From Spirochaetota bacterium (GTDB taxonomy: Bacteria; Spirochaetota; UBA4802; UBA5550), in the NCBI GenBank assembly GCA_963664815.2, contig CAXXHB010000003.1:3488001-3552000 (forward strand): a DNA stretch of 64,000 nucleotides. Direction: 5' to 3'. Positions 9,877-19,135 of this stretch are shown here, piece after piece. The first letter of the stretch is position 1. Each line of letters starts with the position of its first letter. The notes under the pieces are model-generated. The model saw only the letters and a list, made by a program, of their open reading frames with translations, was not told where the DNA came from and searched no databases. A program made the position numbers and the translations under genes.

Positions 9877-10858
9877 TTTTCTTCACCATGCTGTATGGAA
9901 TATTAAAAACCATTCTGTAAAAATTATCAGTTATATCATTAAAATTTATATCTTTATAATACAGGGGATATGTTTTCATTGCCATCCAGAGCGCAACCGG
10001 CGCTACCCTGGGGGACCATGTTGACCACTCAGGTGCTTTGTAGACTCTGCTGTCCTTAACTGCTTTAATGTGCTTCCACTGCGGATTATTTATTATATCC
10101 GTAACTCCATATGTTGCATTTCCCCAGATAAATATCACGTCAGGATTCCATCTGATGATCTTTTCAATGGAGACGTCTGAGTTTCGGCCCCCTATTTCAG
10201 CAGCGGAGTTAACAGCTCCGATCAGGGTAATGATGTCATGGGTAAGACCTGCAGTACCGGAAACCCCTGTGGGCCGCCCGCCGAGCCAGAGAACCTTCTG
10301 CTTTTCACTATTTTTTATTTTTCCGGATCTCTTTTTAATAATTGATAATATCTCATCCATCCTTGAAAGACAGTATTCCATTCTTTTCTCTTTCCCGAAG
10401 AGCCTGCCGTGAAGTTTTAATACATCATAAAGTTCTGACATTGAATCGGGATAAATGCTTATAACAGTAAGCCCTTTATCCTCCATAAACCTGACCTGCT
10501 CCTGCCTGAATGTCCATGAAACAACAAGATCCGGCCGTATTTTCATCATACTCTCCATGTTAATATCAATCCCGGAACCGACAGATGGAAGTCCTGAAAG
10601 ACTACCCCCTGATGCTTTGATTAAGTCGTTGCTGTTAGTCCACTTGCCTGAGGCAGCTATCTGATCCCATATGCCGAGAGCGGGAATAAGCTCATAGGTT
10701 GTAAGAAGTACAGCCCTCTTTACCGGAATCTGAACGTTCACACTCTTGCCGGTTTTATCCCTGTATGTCAGAATTTCAGCAATTAAAGGGTTATACGGAA
10801 ATACTGTTATGATCAGAAAGATTATTGAAAATAAAAAAATCTGATTGTATCGTCTCAC
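9866..10858 (-). CDS. Fe-chelate/B12 periplasmic substrate-binding protein
   Basis: Signal peptide, P-x-RAV, NMESMMKIRPDLVV, VSIEKIIRWNPDVI, AVKDSRVY. Confidence 0.9.
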   Translation of the reverse strand: MRRYNQIFLFSIIFLIITVFPYNPLIAEILTYRDKTGKSVNVQIPVKRAVLLTTYELIPALGIWDQIAASGKWTNSNDLIKASGGSLSGLPSVGSGIDINMESMMKIRPDLVVSWTFRQEQVRFMEDKGLTVISIYPDSMSELYDVLKLHGRLFGKEKRMEYCLSRMDEILSIIKKRSGKIKNSEKQKVLWLGGRPTGVSGTAGLTHDIITLIGAVNSAAEIGGRNSDVSIEKIIRWNPDVIFIWGNATYGVTDIINNPQWKHIKAVKDSRVYKAPEWSTWSPRVAPVALWMAMKTYPLYYKDINFNDITDNFYRMVFNIPYSMVKKIEN

Positions 10859-11051
10859 GGTTATATTATTCCTTTTAGCTTTGCCCCCGCTTTTGCTTTA
10901 TCGAGCTTACATTTAACCACATTCCCAGCTGGAGAACAAAACTTCATTTATTTAATGCTCCCCCTCGGTACAACGGCGTACTTTTGATAATTTAAAAAAC
11001 CTGTTCCTTTACACCGTCACTCGGGGAGTGAACAATTACTCCCAGTTTTAA

Positions 11052-13433
11052 TTATATCTTTATCTGTGCTTCGGCAAAGTAATTTCTTCCTTCACAGACA
11101 TAGTACTGAAAGTATTCTCTGTCCAGGAGATTGTTCACACTGAAACTGAATTTAACCTTATCACCGGGCATCAGTGACAGCTTCAGATCAAGAAGCTTTA
11201 CTGCATCATAAGATGTATATACACCCTCCACAGTATCGCTGTTGTCTGAATTAGCGTAAACATGGTCACAGTATCGCCAGTTGATGCATCCTTCAGCTTT
11301 TTTAAATATTGCCTTCAGTCCCGCATTGTACATCAGTTCAGGTACATTGGTAAACTGTTTGCCCACAGAAGCAGTGTCAGTATCATTCTTTGTTACCTCG
11401 GTATCTGTCTTTGTCATATTACCATAAAGCTCGATGTAGTCCATGATATAGAGTTTACCCTCAAGTTCAAACCCGTGAATTTTGCCTTCGCCGGCATTAT
11501 TATAAATTTTATCCGCCACAGTTGCCGTATCGTTTGTTATCATATAATAAATCATATTTGTAACGGTACTTCCGAAATATGTCCCTGATATGATAAATGT
11601 TTTATCCATGAACCCTATATCCCCACCGATTTCCCATGACCTGCTTTTTTCAGGTTTCAGATCAGGATTCGGGTAATAATGGGTGGTTTTCGTCCCTGAT
11701 ACCGAATCCCAGTATTTATACAGCTGGTAGATATTCGGCGGATTATATCCTTCCCCATAAGAGGCTTTCAGCGATTCCAGTTTTACCTTAAAAAACTCTA
11801 TGCCGGGTTTAAATACAATTGAAGCTTTCGGCGCGATATTCCAGTCGGTTGTAGTGGAGTAATTATTTTCAGTTGTATTGTACCTGCTCTCTCCGTCATA
11901 ATTTTTCCAGTAATCATATCTTGCTCCGCCATAAAGAATAAGAACTTTTTTTATAATATCATATTCAAGCTGGGAATAGAGCGATGACATAAGCTGGCTC
12001 CCTTCCATTTCGCTGAAATGATCAGTTGAAGTATCAATTTCCGTGTCAAAATCCTTCCAGTTGTATAAATTCCACTGGTCACCCTCTGCATGATCGTGCC
12101 TCATACCTGCGCCAACTGTAAGTACACCTGAATCCGTAAAGTGAATATCGACCTGTACATCACCATATAAAGTTGATGCCGGATCTGTAGTATTGATGTA
12201 TCCGGCACCTCCGGCGAAATCGGCACCTGTTGATGGAGTTGAGTACTTGCTTGAGGACTGATTACTGCCGAACTTTGCGCTGATATCAAGGAGACCCGCT
12301 TTGAGCGAATAATCAAGGACATTTATCCGGCTCTCTGTTTCTCCCCCTCCGCTTGTAAGAAATGTTTTCGGTGTTATAGCTTTATAATAGTTCGTTCCGC
12401 CGTCATTAAATGTAATATTGCCGGATGTTACAGAATAACCTGTTGTGGAGTTTTTGAGATAACTTTTTGGATCTTTGTAGCCATAGGCATAATTTGCCAG
12501 TTTGAATGAGTACCCAAGCTTTGAATTTTCTGTCATATCCCAGGAAACCTTTCCTGTTGCAACCTGCTGATCCCAGCAGTTTTTCCCTGAATCGCCGATT
12601 ACATAGATCCTGTTTCCCTTTGTATCAGTACTGGCCTCCATCCCTGTTACAGAGACAGGGCTTGTAAGTGCAGTCGTACCGGGTGTTGTTGTAATAAGAT
12701 TATTTCTTATACCGTCACTTGACATGAAATCATAAGTAAGAAGAACACTGACACTGTCATAATACCTGTCACCGTAACTGGCAGAACCTGAATATGTATT
12801 ATTTGTACCGTAACCGGCCTTTACCGATGCCTCCTGCTTATCCGGAGCCTTCGTTATTATGTTTACAACCCCGCCCATTGCGTTTCTTCCGTAAAGGCTG
12901 GAGAATGGGCCCTTTACCACTTCTATACTTTCAGTAGATTCCATAGAATGAGAACCCCAGTTGGGAGATGATGAATAGCTGTCATTAAGAGGCATACCAT
13001 TCCACATTATAAGGTTGCTGCCGCTCCCCTTGAATCCCCTTATTGCAACAGAGGTAGTGGTGTCACTTATCTTTGATCTTTTCAGGTAAACTCCCGGAAC
13101 TGACTTAAGCGCCTCGTCAAGGTGTTTGCCGCTTGAAAGGGATATATCTTCTTTATCAATAACCGAAACTGAGGCTGGAGAATCCCCGATTTTATGGCCT
13201 GTTTTTGTGGGGGTTACTACAATTTTCCCGAGTTTTATGCTGCCTTTGTTTTTGTCTTCAGAATCATTTACAGCAGGCTTTTTATTCTCTTTGGATTCGC
13301 TGTCAGCTGCATCTGACTTGCCTGTATTCTCCGCTATATTCTGCCTGTCCGCCGGAACTGTTTTATCAGTTGTCCCGGCTAACAGTGAAACAGAGAGTGA
13401 TGTTATGAACAATACCAGTATTATCTTTTTCAT
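11052..13433 (-). CDS. TonB-dependent outer membrane receptor
   Basis: Start MKKIIL at 13433 with an RBS; TonB box KIVVTPTKT; plug motif IEVVKGPFSSLYGRNAMGGVVNIITK; NPDLKPEKS; NNLLDREY. Confidence 0.95.
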   Translation of the reverse strand: MKKIILVLFITSLSVSLLAGTTDKTVPADRQNIAENTGKSDAADSESKENKKPAVNDSEDKNKGSIKLGKIVVTPTKTGHKIGDSPASVSVIDKEDISLSSGKHLDEALKSVPGVYLKRSKISDTTTSVAIRGFKGSGSNLIMWNGMPLNDSYSSSPNWGSHSMESTESIEVVKGPFSSLYGRNAMGGVVNIITKAPDKQEASVKAGYGTNNTYSGSASYGDRYYDSVSVLLTYDFMSSDGIRNNLITTTPGTTALTSPVSVTGMEASTDTKGNRIYVIGDSGKNCWDQQVATGKVSWDMTENSKLGYSFKLANYAYGYKDPKSYLKNSTTGYSVTSGNITFNDGGTNYYKAITPKTFLTSGGGETESRINVLDYSLKAGLLDISAKFGSNQSSSKYSTPSTGADFAGGAGYINTTDPASTLYGDVQVDIHFTDSGVLTVGAGMRHDHAEGDQWNLYNWKDFDTEIDTSTDHFSEMEGSQLMSSLYSQLEYDIIKKVLILYGGARYDYWKNYDGESRYNTTENNYSTTTDWNIAPKASIVFKPGIEFFKVKLESLKASYGEGYNPPNIYQLYKYWDSVSGTKTTHYYPNPDLKPEKSRSWEIGGDIGFMDKTFIISGTYFGSTVTNMIYYMITNDTATVADKIYNNAGEGKIHGFELEGKLYIMDYIELYGNMTKTDTEVTKNDTDTASVGKQFTNVPELMYNAGLKAIFKKAEGCINWRYCDHVYANSDNSDTVEGVYTSYDAVKLLDLKLSLMPGDKVKFSFSVNNLLDREYFQYYVCEGRNYFAEAQIKI

Positions 13434-13725
13434 TTTGTTCCTCTTTACCTGTATTAATGTTACAAATTTATTATTTTTACTATTTGTCAAATATATTATT
13501 ATATTATATATTACTATAAACATATTTTTTAATGAAAAACATACACTACTTTATCAAACATCAGTTTACTTCAAATTCTGAACATGATTACAGGATTTAA
13601 GTATTGGAAGGATTTTCTGCAGACAGGGGATATCGTACACGAAAGAACTTACATCGTGCATCAGCAGGTTTACATGTAATGCCCCGGCAGATTTATGACA
13701 AATTTCACAATCTGTTTACAGAGTA

Positions 13726-13960
13726 TTCAATTTCGCTTCAATTACGCCTCAAACACGCTACATACAGCTATAAACGCGCGTTTTTCTCTGTCGGTAACGG
13801 TATTGAAACGGTATTGAAACGGTTTTTAACAGGGTCTACATACTGCTTAAGCCCCGTTTTAACAGATATACCTCTGTTTTTTACTGCATTAATATTATTC
13901 TGTCCATCGGCCGATCTGCTGTTTCCTGAATTGTAACAGGTATATGCTGTAATTTCACCG
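13726..13960. repeat. Degenerate ~10.5-11 bp phased repeat tract
   Basis: TTCAATTTCGC/TTCAATTACGC/CTCAAACACGC/TACATACAGC/TATAAACGCGC (13726-13779); ACGGTATTGAA x2 plus ACGGTTTTTAA (13797-13829); CNG triplets continue at 9-13 bp spacing. Confidence 0.7.
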
Positions 13961-14307
13961 GAAGAAGATACAACCACTGCATCCCCTGTTCCGCCGCTTC
14001 CCGATGGAGTAACAGGTGAACCTGGAGCAATGCCGCGAAGGTATTCAGACATAAAGAGGTTGTAACCTGACTTTTTCTTTCTTTTTGCCCTTATTCTGTA
14101 AATAGATTTCTCCTCTTCCGGAAGAAACTGCCATGCCTTTACGCCGCCGCCAAAATTGCCCCTGCACTTCACCTGCGGTTCAGTTCGCGGATTGGAGGGG
14201 ATTGTGCGTGCTTTAATGTAGATTTTACCGTAACGGCGGTATAGAACAAGACCATCCAGACCACCATGCGCAGTTCTTAAATAGGGGTGAAGCTTTACTT
14301 TAGCCAT
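13768..14307 (-). CDS. Basic hypothetical protein; ordered ~90 aa N-domain with HMG-box-like helices (possibly DUF6266-related), low-complexity tail
   Basis: RBS AAGGAG; G-x-L-x-G...Y-x-R-x-GK-x-Y...PSNPRT-x-x-Q...R-x-x-F...W-x-x-L-x-x-EEK-x-x-Y...SGYNLF. Confidence 0.7.
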   Translation of the reverse strand: MAKVKLHPYLRTAHGGLDGLVLYRRYGKIYIKARTIPSNPRTEPQVKCRGNFGGGVKAWQFLPEEEKSIYRIRAKRKKKSGYNLFMSEYLRGIAPGSPVTPSGSGGTGDAVVVSSSGEITAYTCYNSGNSRSADGQNNINAVKNRGISVKTGLKQYVDPVKNRFNTVSIPLPTEKNARL

Positions 14308-14485
14308 AGATTTACACTCCTTTTAATTATTTTCTATTATGTTATTGTATTGAAATTTATGTCTCATATAACCAGTGCGGAAAAGCAAATGACATGGGGC
14401 AAGCAGATTTTTTAATAAAGATAAATTATATTCCGGCACAAAAAAAGCCGATTAATTAATTGATTACAATTTAAAAAAAACAGGT

Positions 14486-16681
14486 ATGTTCATGATGCTT
14501 CATCAAACTGAAGGCTTAAACCAAAAGATAAAACATTCTGTTTTTATTATAATTATTTTTTCATTATTATTTCAAATACAATTATTATCTCCACTTCATG
14601 CGGAATCAAAGTTAACATTGCTCTTAACATCAAACCTTCAGGGTCGTTTCTCACTGGATAAAGACAAACAGGATGATAATGACCCATTGCTGGTTCTTGG
14701 CCAATCCCTGATAAAAGAAAAAAACCATTTTGACTTCTACCTGGATCTTGGCAATGCTTTTTATCCGGGAACATTATCCAGATATAGTTACGGTTCAGTG
14801 ATGATGGATTTTTTTAACTACTTTAATTGTGAAGCAACTCTTATTTCCTCCAGGGATATAAGCATAGGACTCTCCAATCTTGAATTTCTATCTAAAGGGA
14901 AAAAGACAAAAATGTTATCTGCGAATATCACTAAAGATTTACAACCGGTATTTACCCCTTACATTATAATTAAGCATTCAGGTAAAAAGATAGGAATAAT
15001 AGGCATATCATCAGCTGATGGCCTTTTTGATATAGCGGACAAGCAGATACTTAACATTTCATTTCGTGAATACCGTGAGTCGATAAAAGGGAAAGCTTTA
15101 AAATTAAAGAAAGAAGGCTGTGATAATCTGATTCTTCTTTCAGGTCTATCTTATCGGAATAATATAGAATTGCTGCAGGAAATACCTGAAATAAATCTGA
15201 TTATAAGCGGCGGAGATTCGACCGGAAGTCTTTTCTCCGTTCCGTCTTCAAGGATTGACCTTCAATGGGGTAGATCTATAGTCACTCTGCTGCAGTACGA
15301 CGGTTATTATAAACTTGAACTAGATCTTGGAGAAAAAATTAATATAGCTTCCATGAATTTCATTAAATCATTAAAATATAAAACAACAGATCCTGCATAC
15401 ACTGAATTTTCCAAAAGGCTTTCTATATGGAAAAAAAAGTTTAAAGAGGAGGAAAATTATATTGTTGCAGAGAATATACCTGCTACAGCTGTGGTAGATG
15501 AAACAGTGGCAAATATGCTAAGACACAGATACAGGTGCGAGATAGGTATTCTTGAAAAATATTCTATACATCCGCAGGCCATTACCGGGACTCTCTATTA
15601 TTCAAAAATTATGTCATTTGTAAATAATGATTACCCAATTTTTACATACAGATTAAGTGGTGCAGACCTGAATAAAATTATTGAGAAAAATGATGAACTG
15701 GTTATAACCGGTATAGATAACGGGAAAATACAGAATTATCCCCTGTCAGATGAACAGACATATAGCATATGTTCAACACAATTCGCCTATGACAAAATAA
15801 AAAAAATTCTTAGAAAACATATAGAATATAAAAACTCCTGGAAAACACTTCAGGATGAGATAGTTGAAGACCTTAAAACAGAAAAAAGCCTTACATCAGA
15901 AAATTTCGATTTTCTTGACGACAGATTCCGGGTTCTTGTCAGTATGTCCCTCTCCAACTTTTATGACAGGTCGATTGTAACCACCGGAGAAGACATAGGG
16001 ACACCCCCGGGGAAACCTGAAGAAACTTACCGCAGCTGGGGGATGGAAGACACACTTGATATAACAATTTACAACAGATATCATCAGCTTATATTTACGC
16101 CATATGTATATTTTATAAAAAACAATGAAAAGTATGAACAGAATCTACTCCGGGGAACTCTTCTGTATACATATAATCCAAATAGCATTATCAGGCCTTA
16201 TCATAAATCCCAGTTAGATACAAGTCTTGTTAAAGTCGTTAACGCTGAAAAAAGCGATTCAACAGATGAAGTCAAAGAAAGAACGATTCTTTTAAGAGAA
16301 ACAGCTGGCGCTTCATTAAATACAGAAACAGCTACCGCCAGATTCGGAGCGGGTTTTGAGAAACAGATACAGAATCCGGAAAATACCAAGGTTTTTGGTA
16401 TAGAGATATTATTAAAAATTAACTACCCGATTACTGAAGAGGTGACATATAGCTTAAATCTCGATTCATTTACATCTTTCAAAAATAACAGCAGCCGATC
16501 ACATGGGCTCAAAAACCGTACCGAATTTACCAATGCACTTTCCTTCAAACTTAACAGCCTGCTGAGTGTATCGATGAAGAATAAATGGTTTATTCTCGAT
16601 TCTAAAGAACTGGGTGAATCATACAAATATTCCCAGAACCTTATCTCAATTGATCTGAATACAGATTTTAAACTGTTTTAG
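14486..16681 (+). CDS. Secreted 5'-nucleotidase-like protein with degenerate active site, fused to a putative C-terminal outer-membrane beta-barrel
   Basis: Metallophosphoesterase scaffold (LTSNLQG, LDLGNAF, LSANI, PYII...KIGIIG, INLIISGG); C-terminus has alternating beta-strand pattern ending DFKLF. Confidence 0.65.
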   Translation: MFMMLHQTEGLNQKIKHSVFIIIIFSLLFQIQLLSPLHAESKLTLLLTSNLQGRFSLDKDKQDDNDPLLVLGQSLIKEKNHFDFYLDLGNAFYPGTLSRYSYGSVMMDFFNYFNCEATLISSRDISIGLSNLEFLSKGKKTKMLSANITKDLQPVFTPYIIIKHSGKKIGIIGISSADGLFDIADKQILNISFREYRESIKGKALKLKKEGCDNLILLSGLSYRNNIELLQEIPEINLIISGGDSTGSLFSVPSSRIDLQWGRSIVTLLQYDGYYKLELDLGEKINIASMNFIKSLKYKTTDPAYTEFSKRLSIWKKKFKEEENYIVAENIPATAVVDETVANMLRHRYRCEIGILEKYSIHPQAITGTLYYSKIMSFVNNDYPIFTYRLSGADLNKIIEKNDELVITGIDNGKIQNYPLSDEQTYSICSTQFAYDKIKKILRKHIEYKNSWKTLQDEIVEDLKTEKSLTSENFDFLDDRFRVLVSMSLSNFYDRSIVTTGEDIGTPPGKPEETYRSWGMEDTLDITIYNRYHQLIFTPYVYFIKNNEKYEQNLLRGTLLYTYNPNSIIRPYHKSQLDTSLVKVVNAEKSDSTDEVKERTILLRETAGASLNTETATARFGAGFEKQIQNPENTKVFGIEILLKINYPITEEVTYSLNLDSFTSFKNNSSRSHGLKNRTEFTNALSFKLNSLLSVSMKNKWFILDSKELGESYKYSQNLISIDLNTDFKLF

Positions 16682-16790
16682 ATATAAATCCTGTTAAACA
16701 GTGATTTCTACATTGACATCAATATTTTATTTAACCGATTTTTCTTCTTGTATAAACAGATAAATATTATATTTATAGTTCAGATAAATC

Positions 16791-18575
16791 ATGAAAAAAA
16801 AATCAATTAAATCATCAGGTAAGCTTCTAATAAAAAAAAGCATCAAACCGTATTTTGATACAGATATATCCAAATATATCTCTCATGTATTTATGTCAAT
16901 TGTTATAGGACTTCTTGCCGGCGGCGGAGCGATTCTATTTCATCATATTTTATATATAACCAGAACATTTTTCAGACCTGACAATTTCAGGGAAAAGTTT
17001 GCTATACCTGTTTTTTTTATAATATTAATTCCTGTAGCCGGAGCGATTATAACATCTCTTCTTACATGGCTTTATCCTTCTGTTGCAAAAGAGAAAGGTG
17101 TTATCAGTGTAATCAAGGCGATAATAATAAAAAAGGGAATAATCCCGATCAAGGAAACGCTGTTCCATTTTATCGCACCGATAATCTCAATCGGTACAGG
17201 TGCCCCGCTTGGCCCAGAAGGGCCTTCAGCAAAAATAGGCAGCGGAATAGGCTCATATATGTCTCAGCTGTTCAGATACAAGAGCAATGATGTGATCATG
17301 TATACAGCCGCTGGCGGCGGTGCTGCGATAGCAGCTGTATTCAATGCACCAATTGCCGGTGTTTTTTTTGGTATCGAAGTTATACTGCTGAATGATCTTA
17401 AAAACAGGGCACTCAGTGCCCTGATAATAGCGGCAGTAATGGCGGACATACTTTCGCGTACCGTGTTGGGGAATCATAAAATCTTTATAATTCCGTCCTA
17501 TACCATAGGAGATTTATATACCTATCCTTTTTATATTCTTCTTGGAATTCTCTGCGGTGTCATTTCAATTATTTATCTTAATTTTTCAGAATTATTCAAA
17601 TTTATCTTTAACGAAAAATTAAAAATTTATAATCCTTTTCTAAGACTTCTACCCGTAGCGTTTATTTTCGGATTTTTTCTGATTTATCAATATGATCTTT
17701 TCGGAATTGGGTATATTGCAATCAACAAGGTCATTCAGGGGCAACTGCTTCCTGTACAGGTTCTGCAGCTTCTTATTTTAAAAATTATTTTCCTTGCCAT
17801 GTTCCTTCAGGCAGGTGCGTTTGGCGGTTCATTTGCCCCTGCCTTAAGCATAGGTACTTTCCTCGGTTATCTTATGGCAATATCTTCCAATATGATCCTG
17901 GGAACAGCCCTTGACCCTACGGCCTTTGCCCTCGTCGGTATGGGTGGAGTTTTAGCCGGTATAAATTCAATTCCCCTGACTTCAATTCTGCTGGTATTTG
18001 AAGTTACCAATGATTATAATTTTATTCTTCCTCTGATGCTCGTGGCAATTATTTCACATCTTGCAATTTTGTACCACAGGAAGGGTAATGAATACACTCT
18101 GGCACTTCTTGATGAAAATATTGATGTAACAAAAAAGGGTGACCTTGATATATTCAGAAAAATGACAGTCAGTTCTATATTGCAGAAAGACATGGATGTT
18201 ATTGATTATAATGCTCCTTTTAAAGAAGTTGTCAGCATAATAATCGATGCAAAATACGGTGATGTTTTTGTTGTTAACCATGACAGGCAGCTTGTCGGCG
18301 TTATTACCCTGAAGGATGTTCGTCAGACTCTCCTGGACAATGACCTCTGTGATCTGCTGATAGCAGGTGATCTTGCAATAGATATTCCACCGGTTAATGA
18401 AAATGATCCGGTTTCTTTTGCAATGCAGAAAATCAGTGAATATAATGTTGAAAATATTCCCGTCGTTAAATCGTCTGTGAACAGAGAATTCATCGGTATT
18501 ATAAACAACAGAGACATTATAGAAACATATTACAAAACTCTCGATGATATCAGTATGTCCGAATTTCTTCTCTGA
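16791..18575 (+). CDS. ClC chloride channel/antiporter with two CBS domains
   Basis: LGPEGPSAKIG, AAVFNAPIAGVFFGIE, GGSFAP, PLTSILLVFEVT; C-terminal CBS pair. Confidence 0.93.
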   Translation: MKKKSIKSSGKLLIKKSIKPYFDTDISKYISHVFMSIVIGLLAGGGAILFHHILYITRTFFRPDNFREKFAIPVFFIILIPVAGAIITSLLTWLYPSVAKEKGVISVIKAIIIKKGIIPIKETLFHFIAPIISIGTGAPLGPEGPSAKIGSGIGSYMSQLFRYKSNDVIMYTAAGGGAAIAAVFNAPIAGVFFGIEVILLNDLKNRALSALIIAAVMADILSRTVLGNHKIFIIPSYTIGDLYTYPFYILLGILCGVISIIYLNFSELFKFIFNEKLKIYNPFLRLLPVAFIFGFFLIYQYDLFGIGYIAINKVIQGQLLPVQVLQLLILKIIFLAMFLQAGAFGGSFAPALSIGTFLGYLMAISSNMILGTALDPTAFALVGMGGVLAGINSIPLTSILLVFEVTNDYNFILPLMLVAIISHLAILYHRKGNEYTLALLDENIDVTKKGDLDIFRKMTVSSILQKDMDVIDYNAPFKEVVSIIIDAKYGDVFVVNHDRQLVGVITLKDVRQTLLDNDLCDLLIAGDLAIDIPPVNENDPVSFAMQKISEYNVENIPVVKSSVNREFIGIINNRDIIETYYKTLDDISMSEFLL

Positions 18576-18659
18576 TGATAATGTATTTATATTCTGGATA
18601 AAAAGCCGTTAAGCAATATTCAAATTTTTGAATATTAAAAAGTACAAATACTGTTTTGG

Positions 18660-19118
18660 GGAGATTTCATTTCAGTTGATAAATTTGCCGGTGTTGTTGA
18701 ATATAAAGGTGTTAAAACAACAAAAATAAGGAACCCCTGCAGAGAGCAGCTTATATTTTCAAACACCGATTTTACCGAATCATGGGTCAGAAATTATTAA
18801 AATATGCAGGAACGAAAAGTGATATTTTCTTTCGGGGTAACTTATAAGACACCGGTACGCGAAATGAAACTGTTAACAGAATAAATACAAAAAAATATTG
18901 AAGATATCGAATCAGTAAGATTCAACAGGGTTCATTTTCATAAATTCGGTGATTCAAGCCTCGATTTCGAAGTAGTTTACTATGTGCTGTCCGGTGAATA
19001 CAATGTCTATATGGATATTCAGCAGGAGATAAATATAAAACTAATGACGCTCCTGAAAAAAATGAAGGTTGAGTTCACCTACCCCACTCGAACCCTGTTT
19101 ATGGAAAATGTAAAATAG
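18660..19118 (+). pseudogene. MscS mechanosensitive channel, C-terminal remnant
   Basis: Hand translation GDFISVDKFAGVVEYKGVKTTKIR...VRNY*NMQERKVIFSFGVTY...E*...FGDSSLDFEVVY...QQEIN...EFTYPTRTL; two in-frame TAA stops and no TM N-terminus. Confidence 0.85.
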
Positions 19119-19135
19119 CTCACTAAAACCTCTGC

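Noticed and set aside
10860-11050. Structured spacer between TBDR and SBP (hairpin 11024-11043) as a riboswitch or ncRNA
   Set aside because: Only a simple stem-loop with no recognisable aptamer and no U-tract on the coding strand; more likely an mRNA-stabilising hairpin.
13434-13767. Expected cobalamin riboswitch upstream of the TBDR/cobN operon
   Set aside because: No GGGAA...GCCACTG...GGGAAG or B12-box motifs are visible on the minus strand; an Infernal scan would be decisive.
13797-13829. GTATTGAAAC repeats resembling the 3' end of CRISPR repeats
   Set aside because: The units are 11 bp and adjacent, with no spacers and no cas genes; treated as part of the phased repeat tract.
13604-13936. 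110-aa plus-strand ORF over the repeat tract
   Set aside because: TTG start without an RBS, antisense to the basic-protein gene, no recognisable features.
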